Assembly: GCA_003971905.1 (NCBI GenBank)
Contig: RSEE01000016.1
Span: 372,001 to 436,000, forward strand
Source: Moniliella sp. 'wahieum'
Taxonomy: Eukaryota
DNA: 64,000 bases
Direction of reading: 5' to 3'
Of the stretch, positions 35,501-47,650 are shown piece by piece. The notes beneath the pieces are model-generated. The model searched no databases. It was given only the letters and a program-made list of their open reading frames with translations, and was not told the origin of the DNA. Positions within the stretch are counted from its first letter, which is position 1, and each line of letters begins with the position of its first letter. The position numbers and the translations under genes are program-made.

Positions 35501-36377
35501 TCCCCTCCACCACGGCTGGTGCCTGCTTGGGCGAGGTGGGCGAGGGGCGGGCGCCGTCGATCTCCGATGCTGGTAGCCCTAGGATGTCCCGACGGTGCTC
35601 TAGCTGGACGCTGGATGGGAGATGGGAGGGGGGTGTGGGGTTGTGGTGGTCGGGGGCACGTGTCACTGGTGGGAGTGAGGTGTGCGGGGGTGTGCGTGGC
35701 TTGTGCTTCCTGGCGGCGTGGGGGGGGGTGGCCAGAGTTCCGTTGTTTAAGGTTGGGCCTGGCCGGAGCACCTGAGCACATGAGTGCGCCCAGGCTGGCC
35801 CTGTTCAGCTGAGCCCAGCCCGGCTGGCAACGAAGAAAAGTGTCGTCAACCCCAATCATTAATCAGGCTGCCCGAAGGCCCCGTCCAGCTGCTCTGTTTG
35901 CTGGCCTCAGCTTCGCTCCGCACAGCTGCCGCTGAGGGTCCGTCCATTAAAGTCGTAGCCGCCGTGAAGCTTGAGGATGGCTGTCGAGGGAGCGGGTGGG
36001 TGGGTGCGTTGTGGGTCGGGCGTAGGAGGGCGGATAGGGAGACGGCTTGTGTGGCGACGGGGCTGGATGGGGTGGATACATAGAACCACTGTGTCCGACC
36101 CGCGATCGAGCGCCCCCCGACACTGGCGCTCGCTCCGATCAAACAGCCGCAGGCATGGCGTTTGCATATTCCTCACCTGTCTGCGCAACCACTTCTAACC
36201 CCATCCGCGCGCCCCGGCGCTGCTCCCCCCTCGCTGCGCCCGCCCGCCTGTCGCGTCGATGGTGCCGCCGCCCTATCCTGCGCTCAGCGTCGGCCCCACC
36301 GACGCCCCGCCCGCCGCTAGCCTGGCCAGGCTGGGCAAGGAGGAGTTCTAGTGCGCCATCCCCGCGTGGCCTCTTGC

Positions 36378-39300
36378 ATGCGCACCCTGCTCTCCCACGC
36401 GCACAGCACTCTTGTGGCCGACGACCCTACCCTCCCCCTCGCCTCCACCCTCGAGGCGGTCGATGCGTTGCTCGAACTTCTCGACCGCTCCCGCTGCGGT
36501 GTCCGACCAGAACTCCGCCCCCCGCCCGCCGATCCCACCTTTCCGGCGAGCCTTCTTCGGATCCGGCGCCGCCCGAGCTCGACATGCCGCGCAATGCCAA
36601 GGAGTTGGCCGGGATGCTGATCAACGACGAGCTGCTGCGGTTCTACGGCAAGATCTGCAGAGCAGCGATCTGCCGACCTGATGCGCTCGTTGAGATTCTG
36701 TATGCCTTGCAGCGCATCATTCGCCCCGACAAGTTTGCGTTTGATTGGTGGGACCTGTGCTTCGGGGTACTGAAGATGAAGGGGTGGGACTGGGCACGGC
36801 GGCCAAGGCGCGTGACTTGACCGTGGTTGCAATGAGCGCGGCGGCCAAGTCATCGTACCGCGAGAACCGCGCGCGAGATCGCGTTGCCAAGATGGTGCTG
36901 TGCGATGCTCTGCTCGACTCGCCGATCGCGCCGGGCGCGAGAGGTCGCCTTCCTTGGCTCGCACGTTGCGCGGCCGCGCACGCAGTTCCTCGAGCCAGGT
37001 GCCCAGGTGCCCGCTTCGTCTCTCTGCCCCGCGCAGCTGGCATGGCGAGAAGGACCCCAAAGCGTTTGCCCAGCGCATCTTTGATCTCTACGTGTCCGAA
37101 CTGACCCATCTCGACGACGAGGCCGCTGTGGCCGTGTCGGTTATGGCAGTTCAACCTGGAAGAGGTGTTGCTTAATTTGGAGAGCGGGCCGCCCGCGCTT
37201 CTTTCATCATGTGGCCGAGACCATGACGCGGCCCGAGGCTCGGCTGTGCTTGTTGGAGCTGCTGGTCACCTTCTTCACCTGGCCCCCAACTTGATCTACC
37301 TCGTTACGCTCACCAAGCTGGTGCAGAAGGTCATGTGGTCCCTCCAGGTCGACACGGCTCCCTCAGTCGTCACGGTTGGCTTGCGCGTGGTGACCATGCT
37401 TCTGCCGCACATCCCCGATTGGATCGCCTCGGGCGGGGCGGGCGGGTTGCCTGCCTTCTTTTTGTTCTTGCTCGCGTCTTGGACTGGGTTCGACCGCTCG
37501 ACGACGGGGAGAGTGCGTCAGGGACGGGAGAGGAAGGGTTAGGGGAAGAAACAGAAGAAACAGGCATGCTGGACGCGGCGGGGGCATCAGTGCCTTCGCA
37601 CCGAGCCCGGTTGAAGCTCAAGCCTGGCTTTACTTGGGAACGATTAAGTACGTTGGTTGGTTGGGTTGTGTCACCAATGCTCTCCTCTGTATTCCTGACA
37701 TGGACCGGTACTGACCTCGCGTGTGGCTTTCTCAGCGCCCGCCAAGGACACGTTGGAACTGCGCGCGCCGGACCCGCAACCGCTCTTCACGTTTCTTTAT
37801 GGCACTTTCCCCTGCAACACGATCCGGTTCAGCAACCCCATCCCCTACCTCGAACTGAGTCGGTACGAGTCGCCCTACCAGGCCGCTTGGACCGACTTGG
37901 TCGACAAGGAGCGCGTTCAGCAAGCTGTGCGTCCCATTCTCAAAAAACACGCGCTCCACCCGGCCCTCATCCGGCGTGACGCCCAAGAAGAGCTGCACGA
38001 TTCGATGCGATGGAGCGAACATGACCCTACCACGGTGGCCACCAAGTCGGTGCGCCTCTACATTGATCCCTGGCGTTCTCGTAGTGGCCACGACGACTTG
38101 CCTACGCCTTCGCTCAGCGAGCAAAGTCCGGCCCCGGCTCCGCTCTCGGGCCCGTCCAGTCCCGCCCAACGCCGCCAAGCTTCGCCCCGCCCCAGTTGCC
38201 GCTCGGACAAAGTGCCGAGTCGGTAGAGATGGCCGATGAAAGCCCCCAGCCGGTGCAGGAGATCCTGGGACAATATGCCAGTGCCAAACGCAGTGCTCCG
38301 TTGACCCATGCACGTTCGCGCTCCTACATCTCGACCTCGACGCCGGTCATGTCGCGCGCAGCCAGCGGCGAGGCCGGCGGGATCAGTTGTCCTTGCCTCC
38401 TCCGCCACCTTTGCCCCCCTCGCTGAAGATGAGGAGGAGGCCCACGGACAGGACCCGGTGCCGAGGCCAGGATCCAGTACCGCGTCCAAATCCGGTCCCG
38501 ATCCCCGGTCGCGGGCGCCACTCGATGCGGCCGACCTTGCTTTCGGAGCGGACACGGTCGCGCGGCGACTCTGGCGCGGGCAAGACGGACGCCAGTCATC
38601 CGGATTCCAGCCTGGACGCGGCGCCTGGGATGCTCTCTCGCCGCCGCTGGCCGCATCAGCCGCAGCAGCCAGACGAGCAACCGAGCTCGGCAGTGCGTCT
38701 GCAAAAGGAAACATGCTTCTCCGCAGCGAGCTGGCATATGAAGTGTATCTCCAAAGCCAGCACTTGTCCCATATTGGTCATGTGCACAACAAGCGGATCG
38801 CCAAGACGGCGGTGCAGACACAAGAAGCTAACCTCAAGTACCATGTTCGTCAACTGACGGCGCAACTCAACGAGGCCGAACGTGCCTACCGTCTGGACCG
38901 CGAGCGGCTCGTCGCCGCCGCACGCGGCTACAAGGCGTGGCAAACGACCCAGAGCCAGCGGTACACGAGCCATTCGCAAAGAGCGTGCGTGGCAGGGAGC
39001 GGGCGCAGCTCCTGACCCAACTCGATCTTGACGCGCGACAAGGCGCAGTTGCAGCACCAAGTCCAACACGAGGCGCATGACAAGGAACGCTTGATGGGCG
39101 ATTTGCAACTGCTTCGGCCCGAAGTGGCGCAGACGCATGCCTATGCCGAGCGCGTGCGCCAGCTCACGGCCGCGCTGACCCATTGGGACCAGGACGTGGA
39201 CAAGTACCGACTGCAGCGGAAGGAGATGCTGTCGCTGCTGTCGCGGTGGGACACCATGGCACGGCAATACGCCACTGCGCACCAACGCATGGCTCAGGCC

Positions 39301-39654
39301 GAGGCACGCCAGTCCCAGGCCCAAGAACGCGTGACGGCGTTGGAAAGCACGGTGGAGGAGCTGCGAAGAAAAGTGGCAGAGCAGCAGGACGCGCTGAACC
39401 ACCTTGTATCCCAGCGCCCGGCGTCGACGGGCGACAGTGAGGCGGCGGACAGGACGGTGCCGCTGGGGCAGGGGACAACAAGCCATGGGAACCGAGGCCG
39501 AGCGGGGCAGTGGAGGCACCAGCTGTTTGAGATGCAGTGCGAACTGGACAAGTTGCGCATCTACGAGCAGATGGTGCACATGTACCATGCCGATACGGAC
39601 CCTGGCCCCGCCCGGCTGCCCGCGCTGCCGACGGTGGCGGCGACGCAGCGGTAG
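36378..39654 (+). CDS. TSC1: Hamartin / tuberous sclerosis complex 1 homologue
   Basis: SLQVDTAPSVVTVGLRVVTMLLPHIP; PQPLFTFLYGTFPCNTIRF; VRPILKKHALHPALI; LLRSELAYEVYLQSQHLSHIGHVH; C-terminal coiled coil (39028..39654). Intron at about 37648-37735. Confidence 0.88.
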
Positions 39655-40641
39655 AACTAGAACTATCAAAGAGGGAGACGGAGAGGAGAAAAAAAGTGTT
39701 GGTTGGCATCCCCCCTGTGCGCGACACGGGCAGGGGTGCTACGTCGGGATGGAATCAATCAATTTGGGCCTGGGGATGTGTGGGTGTAGCAACGGCAATG
39801 TGGGGCAGAGGCGAGGGTGGATGGGATGCAGGCAGGGGAGGAGGGGGAGGGAGGGGCGCGGAGGCCGCTGAGGCTGAGGCTGGGGACGTGTTGGCTGGGG
39901 ACGACGGTTGACGCGTTGACGCGGGGAAGCTACGTATATCCCACACTCGCCAATTCCATTCACAATCCTGCGCGCGGCGGAATTGGGCTTGGCTTCAATT
40001 TCAACGTCCCCAGCCCGCGTTCGTTCCGCTTCGAACGGGAGGCTCTGCGCTGGGCTCGGCTGCGTCGTCTGGCCTGGTCGGCGGGGCGTATATACCCGCA
40101 CCACACGCACACAACTCCGCCGCACGCAGCCAGACCACGCGCCCAGCGCATGCGAGGGCCAGCGCCCGCACTGGTATCCCCGCCCATGGCAGACCACGAC
40201 GCAGACCAAGGCAGAGAGGCAGGGCGGGGGGGCGTGGGAGGGGCGAGGGGCGCCGAGGCTGAGCTGGGCCGCTGGGCGGATGAGCAGCGGAAGAAGAATT
40301 AGAATATTGCATTTCAAGCGCCCGAGTGCCAGAGCGCGACCCAGGCTCTCAGACTCAGCGCCTCGGCGCTGCCTCACTGGGCCTCACCGCCTCACCGCCC
40401 TCCCAGCCGCACCCGCTACTCTGCCACGGACGCCCACCCGCCTCCACCATCGCACGCGTCCCCGCCCCCGCCCGCCCCTCCGCCCCCTCCGCCCCCCCCC
40501 ACGCAGCCACCGTCCCCTTGTCCCGCGCCCTCGCCCGCCCCCCCCCCCTTCCCCCCCCCTTCCCACCCCGACTTGGTACACGCGTAGCGCTCACCGTCGA
40601 TCCCTGCAACATCCTACTTCTTGCCTCTGCACCACACGACC

Positions 40642-43183
40642 ATGGCCCCGTCCGAGGCACCCAACGGTGCCTCCAGTACGTTTCTATCCGCCGCCCCCGA
40701 CTCGGCACCCAGTGACCCTCTCCGTGACACCGTCCCTGCCGATGCATCTCCCTCCGCAACGGCCACTGAGGCGCTTGACCTCTCCTCTGTCCACGCTGCC
40801 AAAGCTCGCTCTGACCCCGAGTCTGGGCCGGAGCCGGAGGAGACCATGACCCAGTCGCACACACTCGACTCTGCCCCCTCGCCTGCCTCGGCTCACCCCG
40901 ATTCATCTGCGCTCCCACCGCCGGACAAGCCAGAGTTGGTGCTTCCGACGACGCTCTTCCCACGGCCATCCCCGTCTTGGCCCCATCCCCGCACCCTGCT
41001 CCAATCCAGGCACCTGAGCTTGCTTCCTCTCCCGCGCTGCACGTGTCCACCGTGGCTCAGGTGCCTGCACTGGCCCCAAGCACAGCGAACCAGCCTGCTC
41101 ACCCTCTCAAAATGCGTTCACGGGTGTCGGTGCAGCAAGAGGGCCAAGATCCCAGTAACGGCACGATTCTTGAAGTGGCCAGCCGGCTTGTTGAGCCTCG
41201 TTCGTCAACCCTACGCCCCAACAGCAAGACGCCGGAGCCCGAGGCGGAGCTCAAGTACCAGTACTATGTCCACTTTGACGACACTGACCACCGTATGGAC
41301 CGCTGGGTGGATGCTGCGTTTGTCTCCCCGCCCGTGGTGGAGCGGGAAGTGACGCCGCCGCTTCCCTCGTCCAGCTCGGGGAATGGTACGGCCTCGAGCC
41401 AGGTGGCCAGCTCAGGGCTAGGAAAGCGCAAGCGGATTGCTGAGGTACGCTCCACCTTTGGCCTTTTGTTGCGGGTGCAGAGAACTGACTCCTAGCCCCA
41501 CCTTGTAGGCCGATAGCTTAGGAAAAGGTCTGTTTGACCCGGACTATGTCGTACCCACCGAGCCTTCGAGTCCCAGCCTGGGAGGCCTTGCCTTCTCCAC
41601 GCCGCCTCGGGCCCGCGAGCACCGTGAGCGCGATCGCGATCGAACCCGCCATTTAGTGCGCAACGTTCAACGGTACGCACTGTCCTGCCCCTTGTTGGTC
41701 TCGGAGGAGCCGGAACCAAGGACTGACCTTGCTTTTCTAGCGTCGTGTTTGGTACCCATGACATTGCGACCTGGTACTATTCCCCTTACCCGCTCGAGGA
41801 CGAGGTAGGGGAGCCTGAGGCGAACGGCAGCGGGAACGGGCATGCACACCCACACGCACATGCACACCCACACGCGCTCTCCCCCTCGGGAACCATGTGA
41901 CCACAACGGCCCACGGTCAGCGACAAGTGGCGTCGTTGTTTGTGTGCGAGGGGTGCTTCAAGTACATGCGAACATCGGATGGGTGGAAGGCACACACCAA
42001 GGAGTGCACCTTCAAGCATCCGCCAGGACGGAGAGTGTACCAACGCGGGGCACATACCATCTGGGAGGTGCAGGGGCGTGAGCAGAAGCTCTATGCGCAA
42101 TGTCTCAGTCTGTTTGGCAAGCTCTTCATCGACCACAAGACCATCTTTTTTGACGTGGAGCCGTTTTGTTCTATGTGCTGACGGACGCCTCCTCTTCCTT
42201 CGACCATCCGATGGGGTACTTTAGCAAGGAAGTCGTCTCGTACGATGACTACAATCTGGCGTGCATCGTCACCTTCCCGCCTTACCAAAAGGGCGGGTTT
42301 GGGTCGCTGATGGTCGAGTTTTCCTACTACCTCTCGCTCGGGCTGGGTACTTGGGCACGCCCGAGCGACCTCTGTCGGACCTGGGACTGCGCGGCTACCG
42401 CTCCTTCTGGACCAAGGTGCTGCTGCTCATGCTGGGCTATGCATTCAACCTCACCACGGTCCGGAGCGCGGTGTACCCCAAGATCCAAGTTAGGGAAAGC
42501 GACGATGAGTGCCGCTGCGCGCCTGGCCAGTCGGGTCGCCTTGGCCGATTGGCGCATCGAGGTGGCGCGCGTGCGCGCGCTGTTGGCCGGCAAGCCTGCG
42601 CCTCTGTATCCCGGAACGATCCCAGAAGAGCAAATGTCCGAGTCGGAACGGCAAGTGTCCCGGCGCCAGCGCCGTGCCCTGCGAGGCTGGGCGGGGGAAG
42701 CGGCACCTGCAACCAGCTCGCTGGCCAGCTCGGCTCTGACCCCAACGCTGGCTGCCGGAGATGTGGATGATTCGATGGCTGCGGGACCGGCAGCGAGCGC
42801 GGGCAAGCGACTCGCCACACTTCTCTCACCCCTTCTGAGGTTGGTGCTGCGCCGCCGGCCTCGGTGCGAGAAGGCGAGCATGGTCGGCACCTTCCCGCCT
42901 CGTTTATGGCCTCGGTCGATGTGACTGCTGAGCCGGCGGAGCTGTCGACGGTGGAGACGACGATGGAGTGTCTGGCGCGAGCGTGCAACTTGCGCGCAGA
43001 GGACTGTTGTGTCGCCCTGGCCCACAGCGGCTTGCTCGTCTCTCGTCTGGACCCGGCACGGTCCAGCCAAGCAGCCGGAGAACGGTGCCGGCGATTCTGT
43101 TGGCGAAAGAAAAAGTGGAGCAACAGTTGGCGCAACGGACGATCAAGAAGCCCCTGATGGAACTCAAGTACGTGCTGATCTAA
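40642..43183 (+). CDS. MYST-family histone acetyltransferase with an N-terminal Tudor-knot/chromo domain (Esa1/MOF/Sas2 group)
   Basis: YQYYVHFDDTDHRMDRWV; VFGTHDIATWYYSPYP; LFVCEGCFKYM..C.FKHPPGRRVYQRG; YAQCLSLFGKLFIDHKTIFFDVEPF; GYFSKEVVSYDDYNLACIVTFPPYQKGGFG; GTPERPLSDLGLRGY. Confidence 0.92.
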
Positions 43184-43442
43184 GAGTTGGGATGCCTCCG
43201 ACGCCCCTCGAACTATCTCCCATTCCAATTGTGAGACTACCTGGTAACATGCCAGCGTGCTAGATGCCCAGAAGAAGTGGGGTAGTGATGCTCAGGATAC
43301 CGATGCAGCAGTGGTGGGGCGGGACACGACTGTGTCCAGACTGAGCTCGTTGGTACTGGAAACGGGCGGCGACACCGTAGTATCCAAAGTCCCTAACCAA
43401 GTTATCACTCGTCAAAGCCCTGCAAGGCTGGATCAGCCAGGA

Positions 43443-44827
43443 TGTTGGCCTAGGAGCCGGACGGGCAGAAGGATGAGGAGAAGGTGATGGATTGGAGCCA
43501 GAGTTGGGTCTGGGTACAGAGGCATCTATATAGGAGGCTGGACTAGGCACAGGGACAGTGAGTCACACAGGAGAGAGTGCAGGGCACAGGGACAGTGACA
43601 CGCAGGGACGTCAGCGTGGAAGCCGATGGAACCGAGGCGAACCTGGTCTACCGACTGGGAGCCAGAGGATCACAGTCAACACCCCCGCTGGCCAGGGAAC
43701 CCGGAGACATCGGTTGTGGGATGAGCTCCTGCCAGTGGATGTAGAGAGGGAGGACTTGAGTGGCAACCGGGACGAATGGCCTGGAGTTGTGCATGGCCAC
43801 ACGACTGGCCTACACCCCGCTGTCCAGGATGACACCTGAACGAGCCGAGCGCTTGTGGTTGGTGTATTGTGCGACCGCCAGATGCTTGTAGAAGTCTTAG
43901 AAGTAAAAGTAGTAGGGGTTGCGCCCCGAAGCGATTTGGTGGGCAAAAGTAAAAAGCACCAGTTATAGGTGTAGTGAAAGAAAATTGGAAACTTGGAGTA
44001 AATGCGGTCCAAGGTCGTTGGCATCAAAATTGGATGCGTTTGGTAGTTGTTTGGTTCCGCATGCCTGGTGCCAGTGGGGTCCATTGGGCATGGGAATGAA
44101 CGGGCGCTATGCGTCAACCGTCTTGATCTGTTGGGTTCTCTTTGTTGAAAAGAGGAGTGGAAGAAGTTGGGTGACCACCCCCCCCCATCCTTTCCCCAGG
44201 TGCCCCGGATGAATTGGCAATCCGGGGCGTGTAGCCGTGGGTGGGGCACTTGATGAGCAGCCACCCCCGCTTTCTGCGATTCGCCTGCGCCGTTTGTCGT
44301 TGGAGGAATTTCGTCTCGTTGACGATACCCGACACGTTTTGTTCCGTCGTGTGTTGTCCCTAAAAATCATTGCCCATCTGTGGGGGACGAGTGTGCCGAT
44401 TGTGGCGGTAGTATGCCGATTGTGGCGGTAGTATGCCGATTGTGGCGGTAAGGTGCCGATTGTGGCGGTGGTGTTGTTGGGCGGGAGGACGTGTGTCTTG
44501 TGGGCTTGGCGGCTTAGCTTGGGCTTGTAGGCTTGGGGGTGGGCTTGCTTGAAGAGCGCTCCCCTTCCGGGGGATCAGATTGTAGCTCTGTTGGCCTAGG
44601 GAGCCGGACGGGCAGAAGGATAGGAGAAGGTGATGGATTGGAGCCAGAGTTGGGTCTGGGTACAGAGGCATCTATATAGGAGGCTGGACTAGGCACAGGG
44701 ACAGTGAGTCACACAGGAGAGAGTGCAGGGCACAGGGACAGTGACACGCAGGGACGTCAGCGTGGAAGCCGATGGAACCGAGGCGAACCTGGTCTACCGA
44801 CTGGGAGCCAGAGGATCACAGTCAACA
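43443..44827 (-). mobile_element. Non-autonomous LTR retroelement (TRIM-like), 1385 bp, with two 239-bp LTRs and a 5-bp TSD (CAGGA)
   Basis: LTRs 43443-43681 and 44589-44827 have TGTTG...CAACA termini and differ by only two 1-nt indels. CAGGA is present at 43438-43442 and 44828-44832. A G-rich PPT-like AGCGGGGG abuts the 43681 LTR on the minus strand. No gag/pol recognisable internally. Confidence 0.93.
44393..44470. repeat. 20-bp tandem repeat (TGCCGATTGTGGCGGTAGTA), about 4 copies, inside the LTR element
   Basis: Directly visible. Confidence 0.9.
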
Positions 44828-45475
44828 CAGGAATGCGACTCGAATTCGTCTCGAGCTCAAGGATTTGGGCGTTAGAAGGACAAAAGATAGAGGCTTTGGA
44901 CCAAAACAAGGAAGACGGCTTCACAGACGTGCCTGGTGGTGGAGCGGATGGTCGCTGAGCTCACGGCAATTCTGTTCCCCATCCCATTACTTCTCATGAT
45001 GAGGACGATAACATCGGCGCGTTATGGTGTTACTTCTGACCAATGCGTCTCCAATCCCTCCTCAGGCCGATCAGCTCCGATGTTTTCGAGCTTATGTTTC
45101 CCAGTTGGGCAACCAGGCCAACTGAAATATGGCCTCTTGATGCCATGAAAGTGTCGTCACTTGGTTGGCCTGGACCAACACCACACTACTAGTGCGAGTG
45201 TATATATTCGGACTGGGCGTGGTGGAGAGAATGATCTGTGATCACTGGTCGCGTCGCGTTCACCGGTCACCTACAAACACCGAAGGATATGAAATGTTGA
45301 ACAGTCGGGTCTCTCTCGTCCCTTGGAAGGCGTTACGCGTTATGGCCGAAGCGGGCAAAAAATTTGAAGCCCAGCCGAGACAGCGCCTTGCCATGGATTC
45401 AGAAGAATAGAACCCTCGACTCCTCTGTTCTGCTTGCTCCCAGCCACCGTCGCACGACGCTGCCGCCAGCCCAGC

Positions 45476-47117
45476 ATGGATGCCAACACGAAGGTCGCCC
45501 TCGAGCTTCTCACTTTCCTCTCGGATTCCAACAACGCGGTGCGCCAAATGGCCGTCGAGCATGTTGCCGGCTTCTCGGCCAAGGACAGCCCCTTCCGCAA
45601 GCTGCTCACTGCCGCGCCCAACACCCTCTCCGCACCCAATGGCCGTGGCATCCTGGTTGGGCGCAACCACCGCCCCGTCGACCAGATTGAGGATCTCAAA
45701 GCGCTGTGCAAGGACCAGCCCATGGCTGCCCATCCCGCATTTTCTGCCTTGATCAACCTGGCGGACGAGCCAGGGTTGAGGGCGCGGATCGGCGACAAGG
45801 AGTTTCTCACTTTTCTCGTTGTATACATTGCCGATCCCGTGTCGCTCCTAGCCGATATGGCCTGCATGCTCCTTTCCAACCTGACCCAAGACGACAAGGT
45901 GTCCGGCGACCTGCTCAACCTTCAGGTCAAGCAGGCACCCTTTTACCAGTTTGTCCAGCAGGGTGACATTCAATCTCTTATGGGTGCCATGGACGCCGAT
46001 CCCAACGCTCCCGACTTTGAGGCCAAGAAGGCCGAGATGCAAGAGCGTGCATCTCGCTTGGCAGCGCAGGCGCGAAAGCAAGAGGAGGAGTCCAAGAAGC
46101 TTGTACCAGCACTCAATCGTCTTCTCGATGCTTTTGAGGAGGGCGCCGCAGTCGCCAGCAACGCCTCATCGCTCGAAGAGATGAAGGCAAGGGTGGAAAA
46201 GGCAAAAAGGATGCGAACAACGGGCAGGCACCAAACCCCAACTAGGCCCCGATGGTAGGCCCAAGCTCGAGCGCAAGTCCAACTGCAACTTTCTAGCCAG
46301 CGTATTCGCCAACGTTTCCATCGTCCCTAAGGGCCGTTCTTGGTTTGTGGAACCCACCCACACTATTTCCCAATCCGAAAGCTTGGCCCTGATTGCTTCA
46401 GAAGGCAACATCCCTGCTGTTTCCTACCCCATCGCCCGCATCATGATCTACACGGAGCACCCCGACCTGATTCGGCGAGGCGGTGTGGTGAGCACGCTCA
46501 AGTACGTACCTGCTTCCTCACTCGTTCGTTCTCCTACTAACGTTAGCATTCATAGAAACGTGCTCTTCCTCAAGACTGAACACAGGATGCTCGTTGCTCC
46601 GCCGAGCCACGTGCCCGAAGGCAAGAAAGCACACGTTGAGGCCTTGGCATCGGTCAAGCGTCCCTCGGCCGGACTGGACATTTTGCCCTCGCTGTTGATC
46701 CCGCTTGTGGATGGGAAGGAGGTGGCGGAATTGGACATGGAGGACCAAGAGTCACTGCCCGAGGCGTGCCAGTTCCCTTCGGAGGACAAGAAGCGGGAGC
46801 GCGATCCCGCACTGCGATTGATGCTGGTCGAATCCCTGCTGTTGCTGTGCACGACGCTGTATGGACGGGAGTGCCTGCGCCATCGGGGGGTGTACATTGT
46901 GGTCCGGGAGGCCCACCTGCGCGAAGAGGACGAACGGATCACCGAAGCTGTTGTCCGCTTGGTCAACATTCTCCAGCGCGACGAGAGCGAGGCTACTCTC
47001 AAGGAGCTGGATGACGATGCCGGGGAGGCTCCGCAGGTCACACCAGCCAAACGCCCCGCCGAGGTGGAGGAGGAGGAGGAGGAGTACGACCCCGACTTGG
47101 TCATCGAGGAGATCTGA
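45476..47117 (+). CDS. HGH1: HGH1 (FAM203/BRP16) eEF2 chaperone
   Basis: LELLTFLSDSNNAVRQMA; AFSALINLA; LADMACMLLSNLT; NCNFLASVFANVS; EHPDLIRRGGVVSTLK; KKRERDPALRLMLVESLLLLCTT..GRECLRHRGVY.VVREAH. Intron at about 46503-46556. Confidence 0.92.
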
Positions 47118-47650
47118 GTGCACTCGTCGTCGTCGGTCTACGCTGCCTTTGCCTTTTTCTGCTTGCTCACATGCATCTCTTGCGATATCCGATGCGACTG
47201 GTGAGCCCGGATTGGAAGTGGATGGGGGGGAAGGTAGTCAAATAGCCCGTAACGTGTGCGTTCATTGGTGCAAACATCAAGCTAGCGTTATCCACGGACG
47301 ATGATAGTGGTTTGCCAGCGGGAGAATGGTGAGGTGGAATGAGATGAGCCAAAGCTCGGAAGACGAGATGAACTAATACAGGTATGGATATAGAAGAATA
47401 AGATGCTAATGCGTTCGACTTGCACGATCCGTTTCCATCTACAGAACTATAGAAGCAATCACTAGGCTGGAGTATAAAAAGTGAATGCTTTCTTGTCTTT
47501 GAAGGCGGAAAGCCACGCTCCCGAATCATGTTGCCCACTCAGTGGGGCCGGCCTAGCACTCTGCATGCAATCCTATCCACGGCGGGCGGAAGGCAGGGTA
47601 GAGGCCGCAGAGCCGGTAGAGCTTGCAGGGAGAGAGAGAAAGACCCAAGG

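Noticed and set aside
24046..39654. Bit61/HbrB and TSC1 as a TOR-pathway gene cluster
   Set aside because: They are separated by unrelated genes and about 10 kb. Co-occurrence is compatible with chance without synteny data.
43257..44958. Short ORF that becomes continuous when the LTR element is removed (..DQPG|MRLEF..)
   Set aside because: About 100 codons with no recognisable domain or splice signals; insufficient evidence for a disrupted gene.
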